This document shows positions 25,426-36,216 of a stretch of DNA of 64,000 nt, in pieces. The stretch covers positions 1,878 to 65,877 of the forward strand of contig CBDHHF010000016.1 of NCBI GenBank assembly GCA_965263205.1, given 5' to 3'. The notes under the pieces are model-generated. The model was not told where the DNA came from. It searched no databases and saw only the letters and a program-made list of their open reading frames with translations. The DNA comes from Rhodothermales bacterium. Lineage in GTDB: Bacteria; Bacteroidota; Rhodothermia; Rhodothermales; JAHQVL01. Position 1 is the first letter of the stretch, and the number at the start of each line of letters is the position of its first letter. Both the position numbers and the translations under genes were made by a program.

Positions 25426-26999
25426 ATGAGAATCCCCATTCCCCGGCCCTTGAGTATGCTCTTGCTAGCGGTCTTAAGTGTTTTGTGCGCTTGTACAGCA
25501 CATGAACGTGCGCAGCCGGCTCGCCCCAATATCCTTTTTGCTATTGCTGACGATGCTTCGTTTCCACACATGGGCGCGTATGGCACAGATTGGGTAGATA
25601 CGCCGGCGTTTGATCGCATTGCTGCAGAAGGGCTCCTGTTCATGCGCGCGTATACGCCAAACGCCAAGTGCGCGCCTTCACGTGCAGCTATCCTTACGGG
25701 CCGTAATTCCTGGCAGTTGGAAGAGGCGGCCAACCACTGGCCCTACTTTCCGGCAAAATTCAAGACGTATGCAGAGGCATTGACGGAGCAGGGGTATCAC
25801 GTGGGGTACACGGCCAAAGGATGGGCACCAGGGGTTGCGGAAGATGCTGACGGTAATCCACGGCAGCTTACGGGGCAACGTTACAGCGATGTGAAGCTTA
25901 CGCCGCCGGCTGATCATATTTCTGATGTCGATTATGCGGCAAACTTTGAAGCATTTCTTGACGATCATGAAGGCGATGCCCCTTTTGTCTTTTGGTACGG
26001 CTCCCTCGAGCCTCATCGCGCCTATGAATATGGCGTAGGCGCGCGTCTGGCTGATAAGGCGTTGGAAGAAGTAGACCACGTGCCGGCCTTCTGGCCTGAT
26101 ACCGACTCGGTGCGCACCGATATGTTAGATTACGCCTACGAAATTGAACACTTCGATCAGCACCTTGGTCGTATGTTGGCGCTTCTGGAAGCGCGGGGTG
26201 AACTTGACAACACACTGGTTGTGGTGACAGCTGACAACGGGATGCCTTTCCCGCGCGTAAAAGGACAGGCCTATGAACTGTCGAATCACCTCCCGCTTGC
26301 CATGATGTGGCCTGACGGCATTGCAAACGCGGGACGCACCATCGAAGAGTTTGTCAGCTTTATCGACTTTGCGCCTACGTTCCTTTCACTTGCCGGCCTC
26401 GATGCAGAAACCGTAGGCATGCAGCCCATCACCGGGCGTGATCTCATGCCAGTCTTTGCAAATACGCCGCATGATATGCGCGAGCACGTGTTGATTGGCA
26501 AAGAGCGGCACGACATCGGCCGGCCCAATGACGCCGGCTACCCGATGCGGGGTATTGTGTAAGGGCGATTTCCTTTACATCAAAAACTTCAAAACAGACC
26601 GATGGCCATCGGGCGATCCTGTAACCGGGTATCTGAATTGTGATGGGAGTCCCACCAAAACCGTCTGCCTCAACCGACGCAACACGGCAGCACATCAGTA
26701 TTGGGCGATGTCATTCGACAAGCGTCCGGCTGAAGAGCTCTACAACATCCGCGACAGACCCTGACTGCCTGAATAACCTGGCTACGGATCCGGCCTATGC
26801 CAATCAACTGGCTGAGCTGTCCCGGCAGATGACCGATGCACTCACAGCCGAAGCTGATCCCCGCATCCTGGGCAACGGCGATATTTTCGATGCCTACACG
26901 TATGCCGACAAAAAACACCAGGGATTCTACGAGCAGTATCAGGCCGGCACCGCGGGCAATACCGGCTGGGTCAATCCTTCAGATTATGATGATCGGTAG
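25426..26999 (+). pseudogene. Sulfatase (formylglycine-dependent) interrupted by two +1 frameshifts
   Basis: Lipoprotein-type signal (LSVLCAC) and the [12 protein letters not shown] FGly motif. The protein continues across three frames: ..YPMRGIV* | [27 protein letters not shown](R P*) | [20 protein letters not shown]. Confidence 0.8.
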
Positions 27000-27046
27000 C
27001 GCGCATGTGTGCTGGTTTCTATCCACCCATTATTTTCAATTAGGTT

Positions 27047-28525
27047 ATGCGAAATCTCAGCGTTTGCTTACTGGTGTTGCTTCTAGCCGGCTGGCAGTCT
27101 CATACAGAAGAAGGACCAGCGGCAACACAGCCAAACATCTTGTGGATCTTTGCAGAGGATATGGGGGTGGAGTTGAGTTTGCTGGGCACACCGGAAGTAC
27201 ACACCCCCAACATTGATGCGCTGGCCCAAAAAGGCATGTACTTCAAACAGGCTTTTACAACGGCTCCAGTGTGTTCGCCGGCGCGTTCAGCAATAAACAC
27301 CGGCATGTACCAGATGGCGATAGGTGCGCACAACCACCGGTCGCACCGGCCAGAGGATACCTCCGCGTACCCGTTTCCACTACCAAACGGCGTGCAGGTT
27401 ATTTCAGATCACATGCGGCATGCCGGTTATTTTACGGCCAATATTCGGCAGATGCCCGACGACGCGTGGTTCAGGGGTACGGGCAAAACCGACTGGAATT
27501 TCACCTATGCCGGCCAACCGTTTGATTCAGATGACTGGGCTGATTTGAAAGCCAATCAACCCTTTTACGCACAGGTCAACTTTCCCGAAACGCATCGTGG
27601 CAAAGATTGGAATGAGGCGCACCTGAATATCGAAAAAACTGCAGATCCGGCAAAAGTGGTACTGCCACCGTATTACCCGGATCATCCCGTGGTGCGCGAA
27701 GATTGGGCGCAGTACCTGAATGCCATCATGGCACTCGATCGTAAAGTGGGCGATGTGCTTAGCTTTCTTGAGCGCGATGGATTAGCGGACAATACAATCG
27801 TTGTTTTTATGGCGGATCACGGGCGCGCGATGGTGCGCGGTAAGCAATGGCCGTACGACAGTGGCCTGCATGTGCCGATGTTGATCTACATCCCGGATAC
27901 GTTGCCGGCACCTGCGGGCTATGCGCCGGGCACCATGAGTACGCAACTCATTCAATCCCTCGACATCACCGCAACCACGATTGCGTTAGCTGGCTTGCAG
28001 AAACCCGCTGGTATGCAGGGCCGCGTTTTGTTTGGCACCCAAATGGAGCCACCACGGACCTACGTGTTTGGTGGCCGGGATAGGGGAGATGAGACTGTAG
28101 ATCGTATTCGTACGGTGCGTAGCCGGCGCTACCGTTACATCCGCAACTACTACCCCGGCCGGCCTTTCCTGCAAATGAATGGCTACAAAGAGGCCAGTTA
28201 TCCAACGATCTGGGCGATGCGTAAATTGCATCAGGAAGGCAAGCTGACGCCGGCGCAGGCATATTTACTCGCGCCAACGCGCCCGATAGAGGAATTGTAC
28301 GATGTAATTGCCGACCCATACGAAGTGAACAACCTGGCGTCATCGGCTGATCACGAGGAAATCAAGCGGCAACTCAGCTTTGCCCTGGATGAATGGATCG
28401 CAGAAATTGACGACCAGGGGCGTTTCCCAGAGCCGGCATCAGTACAGGCTTATTACGAGGCACGCATGGTTCGCATTTACACCGAGCGCATCGAGGCCTT
28501 GCGTACGGAGTGGGGGATTGAGTAG
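27047..28525 (+). CDS. Sulfatase (arylsulfatase A family), intact
   Basis: Signal peptide. PNILWIFAEDMG, the CSPARSAINTGMY FGly motif, and the C-terminal ELYDVIADPYEVNNLA motif. Confidence 0.9.
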   Translation: MRNLSVCLLVLLLAGWQSHTEEGPAATQPNILWIFAEDMGVELSLLGTPEVHTPNIDALAQKGMYFKQAFTTAPVCSPARSAINTGMYQMAIGAHNHRSHRPEDTSAYPFPLPNGVQVISDHMRHAGYFTANIRQMPDDAWFRGTGKTDWNFTYAGQPFDSDDWADLKANQPFYAQVNFPETHRGKDWNEAHLNIEKTADPAKVVLPPYYPDHPVVREDWAQYLNAIMALDRKVGDVLSFLERDGLADNTIVVFMADHGRAMVRGKQWPYDSGLHVPMLIYIPDTLPAPAGYAPGTMSTQLIQSLDITATTIALAGLQKPAGMQGRVLFGTQMEPPRTYVFGGRDRGDETVDRIRTVRSRRYRYIRNYYPGRPFLQMNGYKEASYPTIWAMRKLHQEGKLTPAQAYLLAPTRPIEELYDVIADPYEVNNLASSADHEEIKRQLSFALDEWIAEIDDQGRFPEPASVQAYYEARMVRIYTERIEALRTEWGIE

Positions 28526-28528
28526 TCA

Positions 28529-28567
28529 CAACACAAAACGGGCGCTCCTGGCGCCCGTTTTGTGTTG
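28529..28567. terminator. Bidirectional terminator (17-bp perfect stem) between convergent genes
   Basis: CAACACAAAACGGGCGC-TCCTG-GCGCCCGTTTTGTGTTG. Confidence 0.8.
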
Positions 28568-28589
28568 CTGTAATATCTGTACTAAGGTG

Positions 28590-28976
28590 TTACGCCGGCT
28601 CCGAAGCCAACTGCTTTGTTGGAAAGAGCTGCTTGTCGTAGTAGTATGATACACCCAGCATCACCAGGGCTACGATGGCTCCCAGGTGCTCGCCGTCGCC
28701 AACCATGAGGTGGGCTGTTGCGGCAAGAATAAAATCAAAGCAGAGGCCGGCATAGGCCCATTCTTTCAGGACAGCCGATTTCTTGGTCAAGATTGCTACG
28801 ATAGCCAGAATTTTGGCGATGGCAAGCGGAATTACGATGTATTCCGGGTAGCCGAGGCCGTCAAATACCGACTGAACCTCCGCCGTGTTAAACAGGTACA
28901 TGCCGGCTGAGCCCAGCATCATCAGGCTCACGAGTCCAGTTGAAATCCAGTAGAGGATTTGGGGTAGCTTCTGCAT
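28590..28976 (-). CDS. DoxX-family membrane protein
   Basis: 128 aa with four hydrophobic helices and a DoxX-like pattern. Confidence 0.7.
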   Translation of the reverse strand: MQKLPQILYWISTGLVSLMMLGSAGMYLFNTAEVQSVFDGLGYPEYIVIPLAIAKILAIVAILTKKSAVLKEWAYAGLCFDFILAATAHLMVGDGEHLGAIVALVMLGVSYYYDKQLFPTKQLASEPA

Positions 28977-28998
28977 CGTCTCTAGTAATCAAAAGTGG

Positions 28999-29758
28999 TT
29001 AGTTTTGTGTTGGCGCAAGGCAATTCCCGTAGGTATCGCCGATGCGCGCCATGTCGGACTCGATCAGGGCTGCGCGGTCGCTCAAGTAAGCAGTTGGTGC
29101 ACTTGGGTTCGACCGGGTGGGGGTAGGCAGCGCTGCGGCAAGCAAGGCCGATTCCTGCATGGTAAGCTTTGATGCCGACTTTCCAAAATAATGATGCGCG
29201 GCCGCTTCTGCGCCATAAATCCCAAACCCCCATTCAGCAAGGTTTAGATACACTTCCAAAATGCGTTTTTTCGGCCAGAGTACTTCAATAAGTGCCGTGA
29301 AGTAGGCCTCAAAACCTTTCCGTATCCATGATCGCGTGGGCCAGAGAAAGGCATTCTTCGCGGTTTGCATGGAAATAGTCGATGCCCCGCGCTTGATTCT
29401 TGCGTCTTCGTTGTGTGCCTGTGCCTTGGCGATAGCTGTCCAATCGAATCCATTGTGGACGCAAAACTGCTGATCTTCAGCAGCAAGTACGGCGAGGGGG
29501 AGGTGATGGGTTTATTTGGTCGATTGCAACGGGCCGGCGATCGATATCCAATCCCTTTTGTTGATCGCGCCGCATGATAAAGCTTGACGGTGGATCCGTA
29601 AATCGGTACACCAACACCCAAAATACACTGAGCAGGAAAAAGAGAATCAACCCGATGGCAATCACGCGTACAGCTATCCGAAATATCGGGAATTTGGACG
29701 TACGCTTTGGCTCCTGGGCAGGGTAATCTACGTAGTGCGACGAGTAATCGGTCGACAT
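28999..29758 (-). pseudogene. mtgA: Monofunctional peptidoglycan glycosyltransferase with one frameshift
   Basis: The N-terminal TM plus ..VAIDQINP is in one frame. [57 protein letters not shown] (GT51 motifs) is in another. Both frames are open across 29477-29511. Confidence 0.85.
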
Positions 29759-29838
29759 GGGGGATACAGAAGGGATTGAGAGCGGGGAGTAGCGTCCTTA
29801 AGGTAGCAATTCCTTCATTGTTTCTCAACAACAATACA

Positions 29839-29972
29839 GCGAATGTCGGCGATTTAATGTGAGAATGCCGAATGTCGATTGCCGAATGTCGATTGCCGAA
29901 TGATGCGCATTAGGTTGTTGCCGCTCCTGAAAGAGCCGAATAACTTTCAACCTTTAACCTGCAACCTTTAAC
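29839..29972. repeat. Low-complexity intergenic repeat block (14-bp tandem TGCCGAATGTCGAT plus AACCTTTAAC-type motif)
   Basis: TGCCGAATGTCGAT occurs twice in tandem with partial copies. It is followed by AACTTTCAACCTTTAACCTGCAACCTTTAAC, which is related to 62114-62143. Confidence 0.8.
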
Positions 29973-29974
29973 GC

Positions 29975-32659
29975 TTAGAAGGTGAGCCGGTAGCCTAGCA
30001 TTGGCAGGATGCCCAACTGGGGAATCACATTGACCGATTGTTTTTTGATGTCGTATTCCAGGAAACCCTCGTTTTTACGGTGGATGACATTCTGAACATC
30101 GAGGTACACCTGGTGGGTTAAGAAGGGTTTGTTGATGGTATAATTGATGCCAAAATCTACCCGGAAATAGGGATCAAGCTGTTGTGAATAACGCTGTGCT
30201 GTATTCAGTCGAATGTTTATGCCGTTGTCCAACTGCGTGACTTCGAGCGGCGTATAGCGGTTACCGCCGCCAAACATAATTCTGGTGTTGATACCAAGAA
30301 CGTCTCGTTTTTGCGGGCCCATGTTGAGTTCGATGCCCGTTACCAAATTGGTCATAAACCGTGTGTTGTACCGGCTTGGGAAAACATGACCATCGATAGT
30401 AGAATACTTTGCATCGAAGAGCGAGCCGTTCAACATGAAATAGTAGCCGTTCGAGAAGAGCTTCTCCAACGACAAGTCAAGGCCGTAGTTGGTTGTGGTA
30501 CCCGCGTTGGATAAACCTATCGAAGAAGCATAAACATTGAACAGGAAGTAGGTGTTTACAGCAGAAAACGTACTGCCTGGCAAATCGGCTACGGGTATGT
30601 CGTATCCGTGATTGTAGTAGATTTCTGAACGGAAGCGGGTATTTCCGGCAAACAGTTTCTCAAAAGCCAGCACGTTGTGCCATGATTTAGAGAGTTGGAG
30701 ATCGCGGTTTGAGAAAGGGATGCTATCCTGCCGCGTATTTTCGAGAAGGTAGATGCCGAAGGGTTCAATCTGGCTGTGGATGCCGGTCCCGAAAGACAAT
30801 GTCTTATCCTGTGCAAGTTGCCATTTCACGCCCATGCGTGGTTCAAACGTTCTTTCTTTGTTGACGCTAAAATAGGTGCTGTGGACGCCGGCATTGAACG
30901 ACCAGCGCGTGTTTGGGCGATACGTCCACTGCAAAAAGCCGCGCCCCATGTTAACAGGCTCTTTTGCATAAATCTGATAATTCCAGGGTGCATAAGGGTC
31001 GAAGTCGCGCGTCCTGAATCGGTAGGTGAGCCACAGCAAACTACCCGTGACGCCGGCTTCCAGAAGGTGCCGCTCGTTGGGGCGATGCGCAAACTTAAGC
31101 TTGGCACGGATGCCTGACTCTTCCTCCAGCTCTTCGTCTGCGTAGATTTTTTCGTTATTGATCGGCTGCGAGCGTACGTATGTGCTTTCCAGTTCCGACT
31201 TGCCAAATGCGGCAACCGTGGTTTTCAAGAAGGTGGTAGAAGACAACGGTAAAAAATTGCTGATGCCTACAACGCCTTTCCTTTCATCTCCTTCGTCGGC
31301 TTCTTTTAGATCATTGTCAGAGAACGGGGGATTGACGCATTCGCAGCTCAGACTTTCCTCTTTGTCGTGAAAGTACGATGTGCCACCCAGGCCAAAAATA
31401 GTGAATACACCTAGTTTACGTGTTGGCAGATGAAATTTGAACGCCACGTCTTCATAGGCAATTTCATCGTTCGGGATGATTTTGAAATCAGCCATCAACC
31501 CTAGGGTTGAGTAGCGGTAATTCACCAAATAAGAGCCACCCTGTTCACCGATGGGGCCCTCCATGGTGCCTTCAAGTCCAAGCGATCCCACACCAATGGT
31601 GTATTCGCTTCGCTCAGAATTACCTTTGCGCATGTTGAGATCGAACACGCCGGCGAGTGCGTTGCCATACTCTGCCGGAAAGGCACCCGAAAGGAAATCA
31701 GAATACGTCAACACATTGGCGCTGAACATGCTGATGCCACCGCTACTGTGGCCGCCGTCACCAAAGTGATTCGGATTTGGAATCTCGATGCCTTCCAATT
31801 GCCATACCGTGTACTTGGGCGATTGCCCACGCACAATGACCTCGTTTAGCAGGTCATCTTCAGCCCGTGAGACACCAGAGAACGATTGCGCCATACGCGC
31901 CGGATCTGATAAACTGGCTGCGTAGCGTTGCGTTTGCTCAACAGAAAACGATCGCGCGCTTACGGTAGCCGCCTCGTTGAGCGGGATCATCAGGTCAGGT
32001 GCATCGGACACGAGGACCATTTCCATGTTAACGGGCGACGGGATCAACGCGATGTCCAGCACGAGTTCTTTGCCGGCGGTCAACAGTAATTGTGATACAT
32101 GCGCAGGATCGTAGCCAATGTATTGCACGATGATTGCGTGCCTGCCTAATGGTAAACCCGGAATCTCGAAATTACCGTTTTCGTCTGTACTTGCACCACG
32201 AAACGGATCAAGCGAAGCAACAACCACATTTGCACCGATGAGCGGGGTTTGGGTGTCGTGGTCGATGACGGTCCCGCGGATGGTTTGCGTATACGCTTTG
32301 CGCTGTGCAGGGGGAGCCCAGCGGAGGGCAATCTGCCGGCCAATGCGCTCATATTCGATATGTAGCGGCGCTAAAAGTTGGTCAAGGATAGCAGAAAGCG
32401 GTTCATCTTTCGCGCTGATTTCGACAAGTTGATCCGCCGGCAAACTCGACGGACTGTAGATGAACCGAACGCCGGTTTGTGCGCGCAACACCCCAAGCAC
32501 TTCCAACAACGAAGCCGGCGCTACCGATACCGTATGCCGCTGCATCAGCATCTGGTCAGCATCCTGGATGGCAGGTTGCTCTAGTTCTTGTGCTGCCGCA
32601 TAGAATGGGATCAGCAGGGCAAGTAGCAAGCTCGATATGATGCGTTTGTATATCGTCAC
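29975..32659 (-). CDS. TonB-dependent receptor with STN and CarboxypepD_reg domains
   Basis: STN-like N-terminus (..LLEVLGVLRAQTGVRFIYS..), IRGTVIDHDTQTPLIGANVVV, plug, and a barrel ending ..MLGYRLTF. Confidence 0.9.
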   Translation of the reverse strand: MTIYKRIISSLLLALLIPFYAAAQELEQPAIQDADQMLMQRHTVSVAPASLLEVLGVLRAQTGVRFIYSPSSLPADQLVEISAKDEPLSAILDQLLAPLHIEYERIGRQIALRWAPPAQRKAYTQTIRGTVIDHDTQTPLIGANVVVASLDPFRGASTDENGNFEIPGLPLGRHAIIVQYIGYDPAHVSQLLLTAGKELVLDIALIPSPVNMEMVLVSDAPDLMIPLNEAATVSARSFSVEQTQRYAASLSDPARMAQSFSGVSRAEDDLLNEVIVRGQSPKYTVWQLEGIEIPNPNHFGDGGHSSGGISMFSANVLTYSDFLSGAFPAEYGNALAGVFDLNMRKGNSERSEYTIGVGSLGLEGTMEGPIGEQGGSYLVNYRYSTLGLMADFKIIPNDEIAYEDVAFKFHLPTRKLGVFTIFGLGGTSYFHDKEESLSCECVNPPFSDNDLKEADEGDERKGVVGISNFLPLSSTTFLKTTVAAFGKSELESTYVRSQPINNEKIYADEELEEESGIRAKLKFAHRPNERHLLEAGVTGSLLWLTYRFRTRDFDPYAPWNYQIYAKEPVNMGRGFLQWTYRPNTRWSFNAGVHSTYFSVNKERTFEPRMGVKWQLAQDKTLSFGTGIHSQIEPFGIYLLENTRQDSIPFSNRDLQLSKSWHNVLAFEKLFAGNTRFRSEIYYNHGYDIPVADLPGSTFSAVNTYFLFNVYASSIGLSNAGTTTNYGLDLSLEKLFSNGYYFMLNGSLFDAKYSTIDGHVFPSRYNTRFMTNLVTGIELNMGPQKRDVLGINTRIMFGGGNRYTPLEVTQLDNGINIRLNTAQRYSQQLDPYFRVDFGINYTINKPFLTHQVYLDVQNVIHRKNEGFLEYDIKKQSVNVIPQLGILPMLGYRLTF

Positions 32660-32671
32660 GCTGAGAAGGTT

Positions 32672-32707
32672 GGCTTCCGGACACAGGGTAAGCTACATCC
32701 GGAAGCC
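32672..32707 (-). other. Intercistronic stem-loop between the two TBDR genes
   Basis: GGCTTCCGG-N18-CCGGAAGCC, a 9-bp perfect stem with no T tract. Confidence 0.5.
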
Positions 32708-32719
32708 TCGCAAGGCATC

Positions 32720-35112
32720 TTAGAAGGTTATTTTATAACTAAGGATCGGAAGCAAACCGCCATGGAAAAAGGCGACCTGTTCAAAATTTCTGTTGTAGTC
32801 AAAGCCCTGTACGTTCAGTCTGTCCGTGATGTTTTGTATGTCAAAACGGATGGCGTGGGTAAGGGCTGACTTGTTGACTGTATAGCTTAAGCCGACATCC
32901 AGGCGGTAGTACGCGTCTACCTGGTTCTCGTAGGTATTTGCTCCATCCAGCACCGGAAAACCGAGCTCACGTGAGCGGGCAATATCAAGCGGCGTGTACC
33001 GATTGCCGCCGGCGAGCAAGAAACGGACGTTCAGGCCAAACTGGTTTCTGTTTTTGAGCGAAAACTCTTTGCCGCCAACGAGATTCACCACGTAGTTGCC
33101 GGCATACCGCGTATTGTAGGTCTGCCCGTCGAGTGGGGTATAGCGCGATTCATAGAGTGAGCCTGTGAACAGGTAATAGTATCCTTTGCTGAGGAATTTC
33201 TCCAGCGTCAATTCTACACCGTAGTTCTCACCGGTACCTTCATTTACCAAAATATCGTCACCAAAAACTATGTCCCAGGCGTCTTCTGCATTAATGGACG
33301 AGAAGATTGGATTCTCCGGTGAGGATGAAACAGGAATGTCGTACAAGTCCTGGTAATACGCCTCGAAGCGTAGCCGAAGTTTGGGTGTGAAATAATGATC
33401 GTATCCAACCACGTAGTGCCAGGCTTTCATCAGATCAAGATCGCGATGCGGTTGGAAGCTTTGGCCGGCAGCGTTGGTACGTTCAGCAAGATAAAGCGCT
33501 GTCGACTCTGTGCGAGTGTGGAGCCCCACGCCAACCGATAGGGTTTGTTTATCCGATAATTTCCAGGCAGCGCCCACGCGCGGTTCAAGCGAATGGTTTT
33601 TGTTGAAGTCGAAGTATGTATAATGCACGCCTGGCGTGATGGTCAGCCGAGCCGTTGGTCTGAGTTTGAGCTGTACGTGGCTATTCAGCATGCTCGTCCC
33701 GCCTTTTTGGTCAAGAAACGTAAATAGCGGACCATTGATGCTATTTCTGAGGCGGTTCACGAGGTTGTAGTTTAGCCGGCTACCCACGATACCAACCTGA
33801 AGTGTCTGCCGTGCATTAAATTTGTGGTTCAACTGCAGCGATGCCCGGTACGCGGCATTGCGGGTATCTTGTTGTTCGAGAATCCGCCCGCGGTAGTCTT
33901 CGCTTGGAATCAGGATCAACTCGTCGTCTGTTCTGCGTTCACCCGAGATCATACCAATGGCCTTGACGTAGGTGTTCGGGCCCAGGAGGTGCAAGTAGGA
34001 AGCACCCAGAATGCCAACACGCGGTGCATATTTTCCATTGATGGCGTCGTCAATCGGATCCGCCCATTGTGTTGAATCTGCAACAGCAGTACCATATACG
34101 TCCGATGCATCACCGCCCAGGCCGAACAGTGTGAAGCTGTTACCCTTCTGCGTGGGAAAATTGAATTTGAACGACAAATCCTGGTACTGAATAGATTCTT
34201 CAGGCAACACGCCAAAGTTGTTCAAGACACCTAGCGTGGAGTAGCGGTAGTTAATCAGATAGGAGCCGTTGTAGCCGGCGCTGAAGGGGCCTTCGATGGC
34301 CGCATCAATCCCCAATACACCGATCTGAAAGGCATATTCACGGTTAACAGCATTCCCGTTCCGAAGTGACAGGTCGAACACGCCGGAGGCTGCGTTGCCG
34401 TATTCTGCAGGGAACGCGCCGGTGAAAAAGTCAGATCGGCTGAGGGTACTCGAACTCAACATGCTCACACCACCGCCGGAGGCCCCTTCACCACCAAAGT
34501 GGTTTGGATTAGGCACTTCAATGCCTTCGAGTCGCCAGAGCAGGCCTTTGGGGGCGTTGCCGCGGACGACGATGTCATTGAGCAGGTCGTCACCGCCGCC
34601 GGTTACGCCGGCAAAAGTCTGTGCCATTCGCGCCGGATCTGAGATACTTGCCGCATAGCGCTGTGTTTGCTCTACCGAAAAAGAACGCGCACTACCGTTG
34701 CCATTTCATTCACGGCCAGGCCTTCAAACTCGTCTGCCACAACAACAACCCCTTCTGTTTCAATAACCGATTCTTCCAATTCGAGCGAAAGGACCAGCTC
34801 TTTACCCGTTGTAATCAATACATCAGACAAAACGAGGGGCTCATAGCCAATGTAGGTGACCTGTAATGTGGCGCGGCCTACAGGTACATTGGGGATTTCA
34901 AAACGGCCGTTTACATCGCTACTGGCGCCTTTAAGCGGATTTGTATCCAGTACAATAACGTTGACCCCTATCAGCGGAGCCTGCGTATCGAGGTCGACGA
35001 CGGTGCCGCGAATGGACTGTGTGAACGTGGCAGCGTCCTGCGCTGTTGCTGACTGCACGGCGGGTGCGGCCGCGGTGATAAAGAGTGCAAATAGCAGATA
35101 TATGTATTTCAT
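32720..35112 (-). pseudogene. TonB-dependent receptor (CarboxypepD_reg, no STN) with one frameshift; paralogue of 29975-32659
   Basis: The N-terminal 146 aa end ..NEMATVVRVLFR*. The -1-nt frame reads ..ATVSARSFSVEQTQRYAASISDPARMAQTFAGV.., which aligns with the neighbouring paralogue. The barrel ends ..ILSYKITF. Confidence 0.85.
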
Positions 35113-35161
35113 GGTTTACTTCGTTCGGATGAGATTCCCCCTGCAAAGCACAGGGCCGAAA

Positions 35162-36169
35162 TCATTGAGAGCATCCGGTACCCGTAAACGCGTATACACC
35201 TTGATTTACAGAAGCGTCGACGTTGAGACTGAACGTTAAAGCTGCCAGCACTTCGCCAAGCGCCGGCGCATCAAATTCACCCGTGAAGGTGCATGAAGCC
35301 AGGGCGTCGGAAGGGGGCTCAATCACGATGGCAAAATGGGTTTGCAGCATCGTGACAACCTCGCCGAACGTGGTGCCGTCAAAAGCCAGGGGCTGCGGGC
35401 GCCAGGCGAGCACATTAGGATTGTTGTTGGGCTGCTTGCGAACCGTGCCGCTTGCAACGTTCAACGTTCCCTGATAGCCAGCTTCCAAAATGGTCTGTAC
35501 TGTTGAATCGACATGACTGAGAGCTACCCGTCCTGTAGCAACCGTAACCACAAGTAGATCTTCGGAGACCCGGTTGTTTACGTTGAAGGAGGTCCCGAGT
35601 ACCTGAACCCGGCCGGCACCACTTTCAATGGAAAACGGACGGTCAGGGTTGTGTGTTACATCAAAAAACGCCTCCCCCGAAAGGGTCACCTGGCGGTCCT
35701 TAAAAGCAGCTGCGTAAGTCAATGTGCTGTTTTCGTTAAGCCAGGCCGTACTCTGATCGGGCAACACAACCTGCCGCGTTTCATTTGCTGCGGTTTTGAT
35801 CACCTGCACATTACCTGCATTCAGTTGCAGGAGCAAGATGATCCCTCCAATCAGTACCGTGGCAGCGGCCGCTATCCTGAATACGGTACGCGAATAGAAG
35901 GGGAGTATCCGTGCAGTTTGTTGAGATGGGATGCCCGGCTGGATCTGTGGTTGAATCCGTTCTTTGAACCGGGCGATCTCATGATCAAGGTTGATGTCCA
36001 GTGTCGATTCAACAGGTGCAGTCAACGTCCAGATACGCTCCGCTTCCTCGAAGCGCGTGCGGTTTTCCGCTGCGCCATCGAGCCACGTATCGAGGGCTGC
36101 CTGCTCTTCAGCAGTCAACTCACCCGAAAGGTGTTTGTGTATTAGCGTTTCGTAGTATTCGGAATGCAT
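35162..36169 (-). CDS. FecR-family anti-sigma factor
   Basis: TM segment (AAATVLIGGIILLL). FecR domain (..LSGEAFFDV..FSIESGAGRVQVLGTSFNV). Confidence 0.9.
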   Translation of the reverse strand: MHSEYYETLIHKHLSGELTAEEQAALDTWLDGAAENRTRFEEAERIWTLTAPVESTLDINLDHEIARFKERIQPQIQPGIPSQQTARILPFYSRTVFRIAAAATVLIGGIILLLQLNAGNVQVIKTAANETRQVVLPDQSTAWLNENSTLTYAAAFKDRQVTLSGEAFFDVTHNPDRPFSIESGAGRVQVLGTSFNVNNRVSEDLLVVTVATGRVALSHVDSTVQTILEAGYQGTLNVASGTVRKQPNNNPNVLAWRPQPLAFDGTTFGEVVTMLQTHFAIVIEPPSDALASCTFTGEFDAPALGEVLAALTFSLNVDASVNQGVYAFTGTGCSQ

Positions 36170-36216
36170 AAACCTGTTGGTTTTGACTACAGGACGGATT
36201 CAAACAGCCTGTACCC

